64,000 bases of DNA from Octopus sinensis. Lineage: Eukaryota. Positions 49,765-62,392 of the stretch are shown here, in pieces. Numbering within the stretch: the first letter of the stretch is position 1; each line of letters opens with the position of its first letter. Position numbers and translations under genes: made by a program. The notes under the pieces are model-generated. The model saw nothing but the letters and a program-made list of their open reading frames with translations, was not told the DNA's origin and made no database searches. The stretch covers positions 73,718,001 to 73,782,000 of the forward strand of contig NC_043000.1 of assembly GCF_006345805.1 (NCBI RefSeq), in the 5' to 3' direction.

Positions 49765-51893
49765 ATGGATGCATATCACATAGATTATTCTATGAAAAAT
49801 ATACCGATCCCATCAAAGGAATTTTACTCTAAGAAACTTCTACAGAAAATTACTGATGTAATTAAGCGTATGAGATGGAAGGCTTTCTTTTTTGATACAG
49901 AAGCGGACACCAAGGAAAACATTTTCTATCGAATAAAATCCATAAAATTTCCTCCCGGGATTAAAGGCTTGGAAGATTTCGAAGCGGACCTGCTGAAAAT
50001 TATGAGCAAAATAAAATTTCGTAAGTTTGTTAACGATTTCCAACATAAATTGAAACAAGATATTAATCATATAAAAAGCTCCAAGAAAAAAGCACTTTTT
50101 TCGGATAAAACCAAGAATTTATACCTGGTAGATAACAGCAAATACACACAACTCTTACACAACAGCATCATTAATAATTATACTAAGGCTAGGGTACAGA
50201 CATATAACGAAATTAATAAAGAAGCTAGCGTCATCGCCGCTAAACTTAAATTAGATAAAAAAAATAGAAGCCCTCCCCCAAAAAGAGGCCTTTATTACTA
50301 TTAAAGATCACAAAGAAAACTTCCTTTCCAACCCTAAATGTAGGCTTATCAACCCAGCCAAGTCAGAACTTGGGATTATTAGCAAAGAAATTTTAGATAA
50401 AATAAATACGAAAATTAAGACCGATACTAGGCTAGTGCAATGGTCCAATAGTATAGAAGTCGTAGACTGGTTTAAAGCCATTAAGAATAAGAAAAAAAGC
50501 GAGGTTTACACAATTCGATATTGTTGATTTTTATGCCTCTATCTCTAAAGAACTGCTAGATAAAGCCCTCATCTTCGCTAGCGACTTCATAGAAATTAGT
50601 ACCAATGATAAGGACATAATCTTCCATGCTAGAAAGACATTACTTTTTAGTGAGAACGCAAAGTGGGTAAAAAACACTGACACAGAGGGCGCTTTCGATG
50701 TGAGCATGGGTTCATATGATGGGGCAGGCATCTGTGATCTAATTGGACTTTTTCTCCTAGATACCTTAGGTAAGACATTCCCTAACGTACATTTCGCCAT
50801 CTACAAAGATGATGCCCTCGCCTTAACAGCTAATACAAATGGACCAGCACATGATCGTTTTAGGAAGGATATTATCCAGTTAATGAAACACTTCGGACTT
50901 AGTATAACTATAGATACTAACCTGACGGTTGTCAATTTCTTAGACGTTTCCTTAGATCTTAATAAGAATATTTATAAGCCTTATAGGAAGCCCAATGATA
51001 GACTAAGCTATATTAATGTAGGTTCATGCCATCCCCCTATAGTATTCAAAAATTTAGTTAAAAATATTAGTAAGAGGATTTCTAGCCTCTCCTCTGATGA
51101 GGACATCTTCAATAGCGTTGCCCCAGTTTATAATAAGGCTTTAAAAATATGTGGTTTTAGCGAAAAAATAAAATATACACCTATCACTAGCCCAACAGTA
51201 AGGAAAAGGAATAATAGAAATAGGAAGGTCATCTGGTTTACGCCCCCTTACTCACCCGAGGTGGCCTTCAATATAGGTAAATATTTCCTAGCACTGATAG
51301 ATAGACATTTTCCAGCTAACCATACTTATAGGAAACTCTTCAATAGACACAATTTAAAAATTAGTTTTAGTTCAACTACCAATTTTAAAAACATAATCAA
51401 ACATAACATACAAAAAACACAACAAGAAAACAGCTGTTCCTGCAGGAATAAAGAATTGTGCCCGCTAAATGGAGCTTGCATGTCCAAGACCATCATATAT
51501 GAAGCTACCGTAAACTCTATAACCACTAAAGAAACCGTTTCGACGAAGAAATACGTGGGCCTTACAGAGGGTAATTTCAAGGCCAGGTTCAATAACCACA
51601 CTTTGAGCTTTAGGCACTAGAACAAAAGAAAAGCGACACAATTATCTAATCATATTTGGTCTTTAAGAGATAAAGGTGTCGATTATAACATACAATGGAA
51701 GATTTTGGCCAGATGTAAGCCCTATACAAACGGCAGCGGAAGGTGCGGTCTATGCGACATGGAGAGATGGCTTATCTGGAAAAGCAGCTTAGACCCTACT
51801 ACATGTCTAAATACAAGGACAGAGCTTTTCGGATCATGCCCACATGTGACTAAATTTCTGTTACGTTTTTGGTCCCCTAAAGAAAACAGATAG
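49765..51893 (+). pseudogene. PLE RT + C-terminal GIY-YIG endonuclease ORF (2 frameshifts, 1 stop)
   Basis: YSMKNIPIPS..IKRMRWKAFFF, IKDHKENF..PKCRLINPAKSELG, QFDIVDFY, MGSYDG, IYKDDALA, NFLDVSL, CSCRNKELCPLNGAC, IIYEATV..KYVGLTE..RFNNH, CGLCDMER. Shifts lie in A-runs (~50260, ~50495); TAG at 51618-20. Confidence 0.9.
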
Positions 51894-52307
51894 AACATGC
51901 TTTCTATGTTATGTCCCAAGAAGAATTTATATATTTTTTATATATTTTTATATATTTTTTATGTATTTTTATATAATTTTTATGACGAAAAATGCGAGCG
52001 ATGTATAAGTACGCAGGCAACCAGAGTTATAACAGAGTAATTTCCCTTTATTTAACGGTATTTTTTCCTAGCATTTTCAAATAGCCAGATAACCGATGAG
52101 ATGGTGTTGTGGATTTCCACTTCGGCATCTGAAACTCAGAGTTTTATCTTGACTACCGAGTAATGTAAATATTATTGTATAGATAAAATTCCTCTATTTA
52201 CATAATATTGAGGTCTTTCTTTCTTTTGTTATCTTACCGTTTTATCAATAATATATATATATATATATATATCAAAATATATATATCTATCTATATATAT
52301 ATTATAA

Positions 52308-52352
<45 letters not shown>

Positions 52353-52421
52353 TCATAAATAAGGGCAAACGAATTGTTTATGAATTTAACCTTTAAATGT
52401 ATTTTTTAATTATATATATAT

Positions 52422-54892
52422 ATACCCTAAATTCCCTACGAAATATTTTCTCTCTCTCTTATTTATATTACATTCTTCTCGAACCCCGAAGTTTCTAGAT
52501 GTTCAGTAATTTCTGTCGCAGAAAATTCCCTACGTATTAACTTAAAACCTGTTGTTCAAAGATACCCTAAATTCCCTACGAAATATTTTCTCTCTCTCTT
52601 ATTTATATTACATTCTTCTCGAACCCCGAAGTTTCTAGATGTTCATTATTTTCTGTCGCAGAAAATTCCCTACGTATTAACTTAAAACCTGTTGTTCAAA
52701 GATACCCTAAATTCCCTACGAAATATTTTCTCTCTCTCTTATTTATATTACATTCTTCTCGAACCCCGAAGTTTCTAGATGTTCAGTAATTTCTGTCGCA
52801 GAAAATTCCCTACGTATTAACTTAAAACCTGTTGTTCAAAGATACCCTAAATTCCCTACGAAATATTTTCTCTCTCTCTTATTTATATTACATTCTTCTC
52901 GAACCCCGAAGTTTCTAGATGTTCAGTAATTTCTGTTGCAGAGAAAATTCCTTACGAATTAAATGTTGTCCCTTAGCTCTCTCTCTCTCTCTTCCTTCCC
53001 CCCTCTCTCTTTCCTCATGCTTCCACCTGATAATCCCCCCCCCCCAATCCTAACTCTTTATAAAGCAGTGTTCGATTTATCTCGTCCTTCCTCTCGATTC
53101 TACATCTTGCTGACAAAACACTGACTCGAAAAATGACCAGCTAAGCGAATTTAACTTACAACCTGTCATTCATATTCATTTTTTAAGCGTTGATTCGTAA
53201 CCCTAAATCCCGTTTCTCTATTATTTGTTTCGCCATCTTGTATGCATGGCTTCCTGTCTGTCATGCATTTTAAATTCCTCCTTTAATTTCAGTGTCATCC
53301 CGTTGTTATTCCATCCCCAGAATTCACTACAATATTCTCCCTCTCTCCTATTTATATTATGTTTTAATCGAACCCCGAAGTTCTAGATGTTCAGTAATTT
53401 CTGTCGCAGAAAATTCCCTACGTATTAACTTAAAACCTGTTGTTCAAAGATACCCTAAATTCCCTACGAAATATTTCTCTCTCTCTTATTTATATTACAT
53501 TCTTCTCGAACCCCGAAGTTTCTAGATGTTCAGTAATTTCTGTCGCAGAAAATTCCCTACGTATTAACTTAAAACCTGTTGTTCAAAGATACCCTAAATT
53601 CCCTACGAAATATTTTCTCTCTCTCTTATTTATATTACATTCTTCTCGAACCCCGAAGTTTCTAGATGTTCAGTAATTTCTGTCGCAGAAAATTCCTTAC
53701 GTATTAACTTAAAACCTGTTGTTCAAAGATACCCTAATTCCCTACGAAATATTTTCTCTCTCTCTTATTTATATTACATTCTTCTCGAACCCCGAAGTTT
53801 CTAGATGTTCATTATTTTCTGTCGCAGAAAAGCCTACGTATTAACTTAAAACCTGTTGTTCAAAGATACCCTAAATTCCCTACGAAATATTTTCTCTCTC
53901 TCTTATTTATATTACATTCTTCTCGAACCCCGAAGTTTCTAGATGTTCAGTAATTTCTGTCGCAGAAAATTCCCTACGTATTAACTTAAAACCTGTTGTT
54001 CAAAGATACTACCTAAATTCCCTACGAAATATTTCTCTCTCTCTTATTTATATTACATTCTTCTCGAACCCCGAAGTTTCTAGATGTTCATTATTTTCTG
54101 TCGCAGAAAATTCCCTACGTATTAACTTAAAACCTGTTGTTCAAAGATACCCTAAATTCCCTACGAAATATTTTCTCTCTCTCTTATTTATATTACATTC
54201 TTCTCGAACCCCGAAGTTTCTAGATGTTCAGTAATTTCTGTCGCAGAAAATTCCCTACGTATTAACTTAAAACCTGTTGTTCAAAGATACCCTAAATTCC
54301 CTACGAAATATTTTCTCTCTCTCTTATTTATATTACATTCTTCTCGAACCCCGAAGTTTCTAGATGTTCAGTAATTTCTGTTGCAGAAAATTCCTTACGA
54401 ATTAAACATGTTGTCCCTTAGCTCTCTCTCTCTCTCTTCCTTCCCCCCTCTCTCTTTCCTCATGCTTCCACCTGATAATCCCCCCCCCCCAATCCCTAAC
54501 TAACTTTATAAAGCAGTGTTCGATTTATCTCGTCCCTTTCTCGATTCTAATCTTGCTGACAAAACACTGACTCGAAAAATGACCAGCTAAGCGAATTTAA
54601 CTTACAACCTGTCATTCATATTCATTTTTTAAGCGTTGATTCGTAACCCTAAATCCCGTTTCTCTATTATTTGTTTCGCCATCTTGTATGCATGGCTTCC
54701 TGTCTGTCATGCATTTTAAATTCCTCCTTTAATTTCAGTGTCATCCCGTTGTTATTCCATCCCCAGAATTCACTACAATATTCTCCCTCTCTCCTATTTA
54801 TATTATGTTTTAATCGAACCCCGAAGTTTCTAGATGTTCAGTAATTTCTGTCGCAGAAAATTCCCTACGTATTAACTTAAAACCTGTTGTTC
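52422..54892. repeat. 140-bp satellite with higher-order structure
   Basis: ATACCCTAAATTCCCTACG.. at 52422, 52562, 52702, 52842; ~430-bp spacer twice (~52940-53370, ~54385-54820). Confidence 0.95.
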
Positions 54893-57800
54893 CTTGGAGG
54901 TGACCCCGCCCCCCCCCACCCGTCTACTAGAACCGGAAGTTTCTGTTTTCTATCTTTCAGGTGACCCCGCCCTCCCACCCCTCTACCAGAACCGGAAGTT
55001 TCTGTTTTCTATCTTTCTTGACCCCCCGCACCCCTATGTAGGGTTTATTGTGATCATACAGCGCAAAAACTTTGAAATTGAAATTATGCAGGTTGTAGTC
55101 TAGAGTCTCAGTATGATATCTGGCAAATGCAAGCTTTCTTTTCAGGTACAGAACACTGCGGCCCCTCATCCCAGGGTCTCAGAGGCCCACACCTCCCACA
55201 CCCTCAGGGTAGGCACCCTCAACGTTGGCACATTGAAAGGTAGGTCTGGCGAGATAGTCGAGATGCTTGAACGGAGACGTGTTGATGTATGCTGTATGCA
55301 AGAAATAAGGTGGAGAGGAGGATCTGCTAGGGTCCTCACAGGCAAGGGACACAGGTACAAGATTTTCTGGGCAGGGAACACTGACGGGGTTGGTGGCGTG
55401 GGTATAATTATCGCTGAGAAATGGATAGATAGAGTAATTGAGGTAATCAGAGTAAGTGACAGAATACTTAAGATTAGAATAGTGCTTCATAATAGATTAG
55501 CAACCATTATATCGGCCTATGCCCCTCAGCCAGGGCTACCCGATGGACAGAAAGACAGTTTCTATGACACCCTACTGCAGACCACCTCATCGACGAACGA
55601 CAGGGACCTTCTCTTTGTGGCTGGTGATTTCAATGGGCATGTTGGACGACATGCTGGGGGCTTCCATGGCGTACATGGAGGCTACGGTTATGGTTCCCGC
55701 AACGAGGAGGGAACCAGGCTGCTGGAGTTCTGCGATGCGAATAGTCTTATGGTCTGCAACACTAACTTCAGGAAACCAACAAGCCACCTGGTCACCTACC
55801 GATCGGGCCGGCATACTAGCCAAATCGACTACATCCTTGCCAGAAAAAGGGAAAGATGGCTGCTTAAAAATGCCAAAACCTTCCCAGGCGAAGAATGCAC
55901 CCCACAACATAGACTGGTAGTTAGTGACTTTAGGATCAGGACTAAGAGGGCGACTTGACTTTAGGATCAGGACTAAGAGGGCGACTAGAAGACGACCAAC
56001 ATGGAGAAGAAGGGTCTGGAAGCTTAAAGCCCCTGCGAATGGACAGAGATTTAGAGATATGTTACTTGAAGCCTTTGACGAAGTGGAAGGGGGTATAGCT
56101 ACACATGGGGTAGAAGACAACTGGACGTTTCTGAGGGACAACCTGCTGAAAGCCGCTGACCAGATCTGTGGCTGTGCAAAGTCCCCTTAAGACCAAAATA
56201 ACGTGGTGGTGGAACGATATTGTTGACAGGGCTATTAGACAAAAGAAACAGGCCTGGAAGGCCTGGAAGAACGGTGGTAGCAGGGAAGGGTATCAGACTG
56301 CCAGAAGGGAAGCTAGGAGACAGGTCTATCTAGCCAGAGGGGAAGCAGATAAGAGAAAATTTGCCAATGTCCTGCGCCGTGAGGATGAAAGACTTGAGGT
56401 ATTTCGTGTTGCAAGACAGTGTGTGAGAGAGAATCGTGATGTGGTAGGAGAGAAATGTGTTCGCATGGAGGATGGTTCACTTGCGCGCTAAATGAGGATG
56501 CAAAGAGAGAAGCTTGGAGACGCCACTATGAAAGGTTACTGAATGAGGAAAATGAATGGGATAAAAGAGAGTCTGCCGAATGTTGACCCTACAGAGGGAC
56601 CAGCTATCCGAGTTGATAGTTCCGTGGTAGCTAAGGCAATTAGAAGCATGAAGACAGGGAAAGCCCCAGGCCCATCAGGAATTACTGCAGAGATGCTCAA
56701 AATATCTGGCAGTGTCGGCTATAACCTAGTCACCCGTATAGTCAACCAGGTGATACACGAAGGAGTCATACCCAATGACTGGTGCAGCAGCATACTAGTC
56801 AACTGCTACAAAGGTAAAGGTGATGCCCTAGATACAAATAATTACAGAGGTATCAAGCTGTTGGATCAAGTAATGAAGGTTACGGAGAGGGTCATAGCCC
56901 AACTAATTAGAGAGAGAGTTAGTTTAGATGAGATGCAGTTTGGGTTCGTGCCAGGAAAAAGTACCACTGATGCTATATTCCTGGTAAGGCAGCTGCAGGA
57001 GAAATACCTAGCCAAAGATAAGCCCCTGTACCTGGCTTTCGTTGACATGGAGAAAGCTTTTGATAGGGTCCCCCGATCCCTTATCTGGTGGTCAATGAGG
57101 AAACTAGGGATAGATGAATGGCTGGTGAGGACTGTGCAAGCCATGTACAGAGATGCCGTAAGTAAGGTTAGGGTTGGCAACATGTACACAGAAGAATTCA
57201 AAGTAGAGGTTGGGGTCCACCAGGGTTCAGTACTCAGCCCCCTCCTATTTATCATAGTACTCCAGGCAATTACGGAGGAATTCAAGACAGGCTGTCCCTG
57301 GGAGCTCCTCTACGCTGACGACCTTGCTCTTATTGCTGAGTCACTATCAGAACTGGAGGAGAAGTTCCAGGTGTGGAAGGAGGGTTTAGAATCAAGGGGC
57401 CTTAGAGTCAACCTAGCTAAAACCAAAGTACTAATAAGTAGAAAGGTAGACAATCCACAAATATCTTCAGGAAGATGGCCCTGCTCGATCTGTAGAAAAG
57501 GTGTAGGTAGAAACTCTATAAGATGTACCCAGTGTAAGCTATGGACACATAAGAGGTGCAGCAATGTCAAAGGTAGGCTAACTGGGAAGATAGTTTTTGT
57601 ATGTGGCAGATGCTCGGGAGCATTAACCTCCGAAAATCTGCAGAAAACAACTTCCGTCACTTTCCAGGGGGAAAAACTAGAAGTAGTTGATAGCTTCCGT
57701 TATCTAGGTGACCAAGTCAGTAGTGGGAGTGGGTGCGCTGAAAGTGTAACTGCTAGAATAAGAATAGCCTGGGCAAAGTTTAGGGAGCTCTTACCTCTGC

Positions 57801-59080
57801 TGGTGACTAAAGGCCTCTCGCTCAGAGTAAAAGGCAGACTGTATGATGCGTGTGTACGAACAGCCATGCTACATGGCAGCGAAACATGGGCTGTGACTGC
57901 TGAGGACATGCGTAAGCTCGTGAGGAATGAAGCCAGTATGCTCCGATGGATGTGTAATGTCAGTGTACATACTCGACAGAGCGTTAGCACCTTGAGAGAA
58001 ATGTTGTACCTAAGAAGCATCAGTTGTGGTGTGCAAGAGAGACGATTGCGCTGGTATGGTCATGTGGCGAGAATGGATGAAGATAGGTGTGTGAGAAAGT
58101 GCCAATCCCTAGCAGTTGAGGGAACCCGTGGAAGAGGTAGACCCAGGAAAACCTGGGACGAGGTGGTGAAGCACGACCTTCGAACTTTAGGCCTCACTGA
58201 GGAAATGACCAGAGACCGAGACCTTTGGAAATATTCTGTACGTGAGAAGACCAGGCAGGACAAGTGAGCCCAGCCCACTTATGAATGCCTTTCCTCCCTT
58301 GGACACAAAGACCGGTTGAGGCAAGCGAAGTCGATATAGAACCTCATCCGACGACAGACACCCATCCCAACCCCCCATGCTTGCGAAGACATGTTGGGGC
58401 AAGCGAAATCGAAACCGAATTGAACCAGCCAGGATCCCTGGCCTGGTGGTACGTAAAAAGCACTACCCGACTCGGGGCCGTGGCACGTAAAATACTCCAA
58501 TGCGACCGTACGACAGGCACCCATGCCAACCCCCTTTGCTTGTGAAGACATGTTGGGGCAAGCGAAATCGAAATCGAATTGAACCAGCCAGGATCCCTGG
58601 TCTGGTGGTACGTAAAGCACTATCCGACTCGTGGCCGTGGCACGTAAAATACTCCAATGCGACCGTACGACAGGCACCCTTGCCAACCCCCTTTGCTTGT
58701 GAAGACATGTTGGGGCAAGCGAAATCGAAATCGAATTGAACCAGCCAGGATCCCTGGTCTGGTGGTACGTAAAAAGCACTATCCGACTCGTGGCCGATGC
58801 CAGCACCGCCTCGACTGGCTTCCGTGCCGGTGGCACATAAAATACACCAATCTGACCGTGGCCGTTGCCAGCCCCGCCTGGCACCTGTGCAGGTGGCACG
58901 TAAAAAAAGCACCCACTACACTCACGGAGTGGTTGGCGTTAGGAAGGGCATCCAGCTGTAGAAACATTGCCAAATTAGACTGGAGCCTGGTGCAGCCTTC
59001 TGGCTTCCCAGAACCCCGGTCGAACCGTCCAACCCATGCTAGCATGGAGAACGGACGTTAAACGACGATGATGATGATGA

Positions 59081-59085
<5 letters not shown>
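54893..59085 (+). mobile_element. Near full-length RTE LINE
   Basis: 5' 63-bp tandem leader, APE-RT-PHD ORF, repetitive 3'UTR, tail GCTAGCATGGAGAACGGACGTTAAACGACGATGATGATG. Confidence 0.95.
55113..58267 (+). pseudogene. RTE ORF: APE endonuclease, RT, PHD finger (at least 4 lesions in 55925-56570)
   Basis: VGTLNVGTL..CCMQEIRW, AGDFNGH, SQIDYIL, HRLVVSDF; KAPGPSG, NYRGIKLL, FVDMEKAFDRV, QGSVLSPLLF, LYADD, FRYLG. 31-bp tandem duplication at 55925-55986 and small indels near 56185, 56488 and 56565. Confidence 0.95.
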
Positions 59086-59160
<75 letters not shown>

Positions 59161-59171
59161 TTAAATGTATT

Positions 59172-59209
<38 letters not shown>

Positions 59210-59449
59210 GATGTGTACGTATTCACTTTTCACACGAAAACGGCTTCACCAATTGCTTTCATACTTGTAATGCATGAATAACTTGACCTCGGACAAATCA
59301 AAGACTGTTCATTTGATTTTTTTTATTAAAAATTATTAAAAGTAAAAAGTATTGCTTTTTGTATTTCATTCACGTCTTTGAAAGTTTTTAAAGTATTAGT
59401 TCGTTTTTTTTTTTCCGTCAGTAACATAACATATCTCATTACATATTTC

Positions 59450-59676
59450 GGATCTTTTCCTTTTGAACGGCAAATGATTTTAGCTCACTAGAGGCAATTG
59501 ATTGGTTAAAATTCGAAAAATCAAACTACGTTAAACTTACAAATTACAATTTTCTCAAGAAAGCCAAGAGAAAAAAAATGTTTTATTTTGACACATTCTA
59601 CCAGTATACGAAGTTTTAAAGTGTTTAGTTAACTAGAAATTGTGTTGACATGTGCCGTTCAAAAGGAAAAGATCCC
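59450..59676. mobile_element. Mini-MITE of the GGATCTTTTCC family
   Basis: TIR GGATCTTTTCCTTTTGAACGGCA / TGCCGTTCAAAAGGAAAAGATCC. Confidence 0.65.
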
Positions 59677-59719
59677 ATATTTCTCTCTATCCGTTCCTCT
59701 CTCTCTCTCTCTCTTTCTC

Positions 59720-59721
59720 TC

Positions 59722-59792
<71 letters not shown>

Positions 59793-59812
59793 CTCTATCT
59801 ATCTATCTATCT
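59720..59812. repeat. (TATC)n microsatellite
   Basis: Direct reading. Confidence 0.95.
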
Positions 59813-60295
59813 GTAACATATCTCTTGTTTTCACTGTCATTTTTCAAATGCTATTCTTTTCACTTTTAATTTTCAAATGCCATTGTTTAACTTCCAAGTT
59901 ATTGTTTTCACTGTAAGTCTTAAGTTTTCAATCGCTATTTACAAACAAACAACGACAAATTACCGACAGAAAGAAGTTCACAAATACTGATGTAAGTAAT
60001 TTCATAATTTACTGACAGAAGTATCTTCATAAATTTCACTTCAATCCATACGGTTTTGTTTTTCTGTTGTTGACAGTTTCTCTCTGGTTTCTCCAATACT
60101 GGCTCTTTGGTTCACTGAGTGACAAATTTTGTTTCAACCCATACAATGCTTTATTTTCCTTTAAAATTTCTTATTTACTTTCTGGCCGTCTTATTTTTGT
60201 TACCAAGTTATTTTCATTGTTTACTATCTTCTGTACTCGTGTATTTCTGTATACTTATATAACCATGCCTAGAAGGAAAGTGTCAAATTTGTCGG

Positions 60296-60650
60296 CATAA
60301 CTACAGATTTCTACCCCAACCCCAATTTGGATTATCCCAACTGAGAAAAATGGATATTTTTTAAATAAAATTGTCTACGAATATGTGTTATATCAGGTAG
60401 ATTCCGAATATACAAAATTTTGGTGGAGCACGTGTATTCGGAGGGGGCGAAATTTCTGAAAATACAACGGTGTCCACTTCAATTCGTCCTAACTTTCAAG
60501 AAAAGGAATATTTTTTAATGAAATTCTCTACAAATATACATCGGACTATGTAGATTTTGGGTGGGGGTGGGGGAAATTGAGGGTTATTTTTGAGAACTGT
60601 TCTCCATTTGGGGTGTTTCGGAACAAGTCGTCCATACTTGTTTTATATAT
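60296..60650 (-). mobile_element. Helentron-like non-autonomous repeat
   Basis: Homologous to ~45435-45810; minus-strand end AAACAAGTATGGACGACTTGTTCC. Confidence 0.45.
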
Positions 60651-60660
60651 TCTATATATA

Positions 60661-60691
<31 letters not shown>

Positions 60692-61035
60692 GATACATAT
60701 ATAAAAAATGAAAGACAGAAGATGGAATATACAAGAATTTATTATTAATCACGACAATTGTTTCGACACACCTAGTATCGATTCCTCTTGGGTGGGCACT
60801 CAACAACTGGTTGAGGAGGTGGTGCAGATGTATCTCATTGGGTGATAAATAAATTATCGCAACTAAAATAAAACAACTCATTAAAATGACCGTTCCATAA
60901 TGTAACTTTCCGTTTTGTAGAGAGAAAAAACAACTAGACGGAGTAAAATTCTTCATATATATAGAAGATCAAAAATATAATTGCAGATAACAAAAAGAAA
61001 GACGAACTCGTAATCCAGTGAGAAAATTATATATA

Positions 61036-61099
<64 letters not shown>

Positions 61100-61104
<5 letters not shown>

Positions 61105-62085
61105 GGATGAATGAATTATCCTTTGTTTACCGTTAACATGGAATATTCAATAAACAGTTACCAGGGTAGCAAAATTCAAGTAACACGGATGAAGCGACCT
61201 ATTCAAAGGTAGAAACTCCGGGTTAATGTACAGTAATTTGTGTATTATAAGTAAATAAATGGAGTTGAACGAAGATGTTATTCAACTTCTTTTTCTTTCG
61301 ACATATGTTTCGAAGACAACATGGTATTATTCCAAAGGAATAAACGGTGTAAAATGCAATCTTCTCATCAGGAAAGAAAGAGAGCCTATCTCAACAACAA
61401 GACATTATAACAATTACGCTGACTGCCTAAATGATAAACAGAACGTTATTAAGTATTTAAAAAAAAACATCAGTAGATTCGACGTCAAAGGCAGATACTA
61501 GGAAGAGCAAGGTTAAAGAAATAATAAGTAGAGAACAAATAAAGAGGGATACGTTAGTTGAAAAAATGTTCAAAGTCTTAGAAGCAGATTTCTCTATTGA
61601 AGTAAAGTGCAAGTTAAACTAACTGTTCAAACTATAAAGACCGGCGAAATCACTTATATGAATTAAAGGTATGTTTCCGCCAGTGTTTACATTTGTAAGA
61701 TCGCTCTATAAGTGTGTTTACAAGGGGATCCTTAGAGAAGAGAATATAGAAGAGTTCGGAGTTGCAAATGTTACAAAATCCCTTGCCCTTATCGTAAGGA
61801 AGAGATACGGACAGGATGAACCAATCTAACTTAAAATCTTTACTGTTGTCTTTAAGATGCCAAACCAATTTACTTAGCCCTGTGCTATGGCGTTTTCTGC
61901 TATCCCTAAATGATGCATAATGGTTTGAAATTCTCTTAGATAACTGGGAAGAGGATGCGCCTATGTAGAAGTAGACATCGGTACCGGAAGAAATTTTACA
62001 CTGGTATATAGAATTCTTGATCTTAAAATTATTAGACATAAATTTAATTCTGTTGGGGTTGTCCTCAGAGATCAAAACCATGTTT
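61100..62085 (-). mobile_element. 5'-truncated Penelope-like element (GIY-YIG end + terminal repeat)
   Basis: SIYQCKI..YIGASS..RISNHYASFR..STGLSKLVWHLKD..CNICNSE..CKH. Confidence 0.75.
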
Positions 62086-62089
62086 TTAT

Positions 62090-62092
62090 TGC

Positions 62093-62158
<66 letters not shown>
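62090..62158. repeat. (TTA)n microsatellite
   Basis: Direct reading. Confidence 0.95.
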
Positions 62159-62160
<2 letters not shown>

Positions 62161-62392
62161 CTTCCGACGCCGATGGACGTACGTGAGTCGGCTCCGTGAA
62201 TTTGACACCAGTTTCATTGGAGATCTATTGTTGGGTTCGAATATTTTTTAATGTTTTTGTGGCCAAGCCGACCGGCTTCTTGCGGAGCTCGTCGGTTGGG
62301 CGAAGTTTTGCCCCATGCGGGGTGAAATTGCGTTTTAAAATTTTGAACATTTGACATTTTTCAACATTTTGAATATTACAACAAAAAAAAAC

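Larger units (their letters stand above)
49334..52245 (+). mobile_element. Penelope-like element with direct terminal repeats
   Basis: ~49340-49660 is repeated at ~51925-52245 around the ORF. Confidence 0.9.

Noticed and set aside
53292-53676. ORFs in the 140-bp satellite
   Set aside because: Short repeat-derived ORFs with no domain signature.
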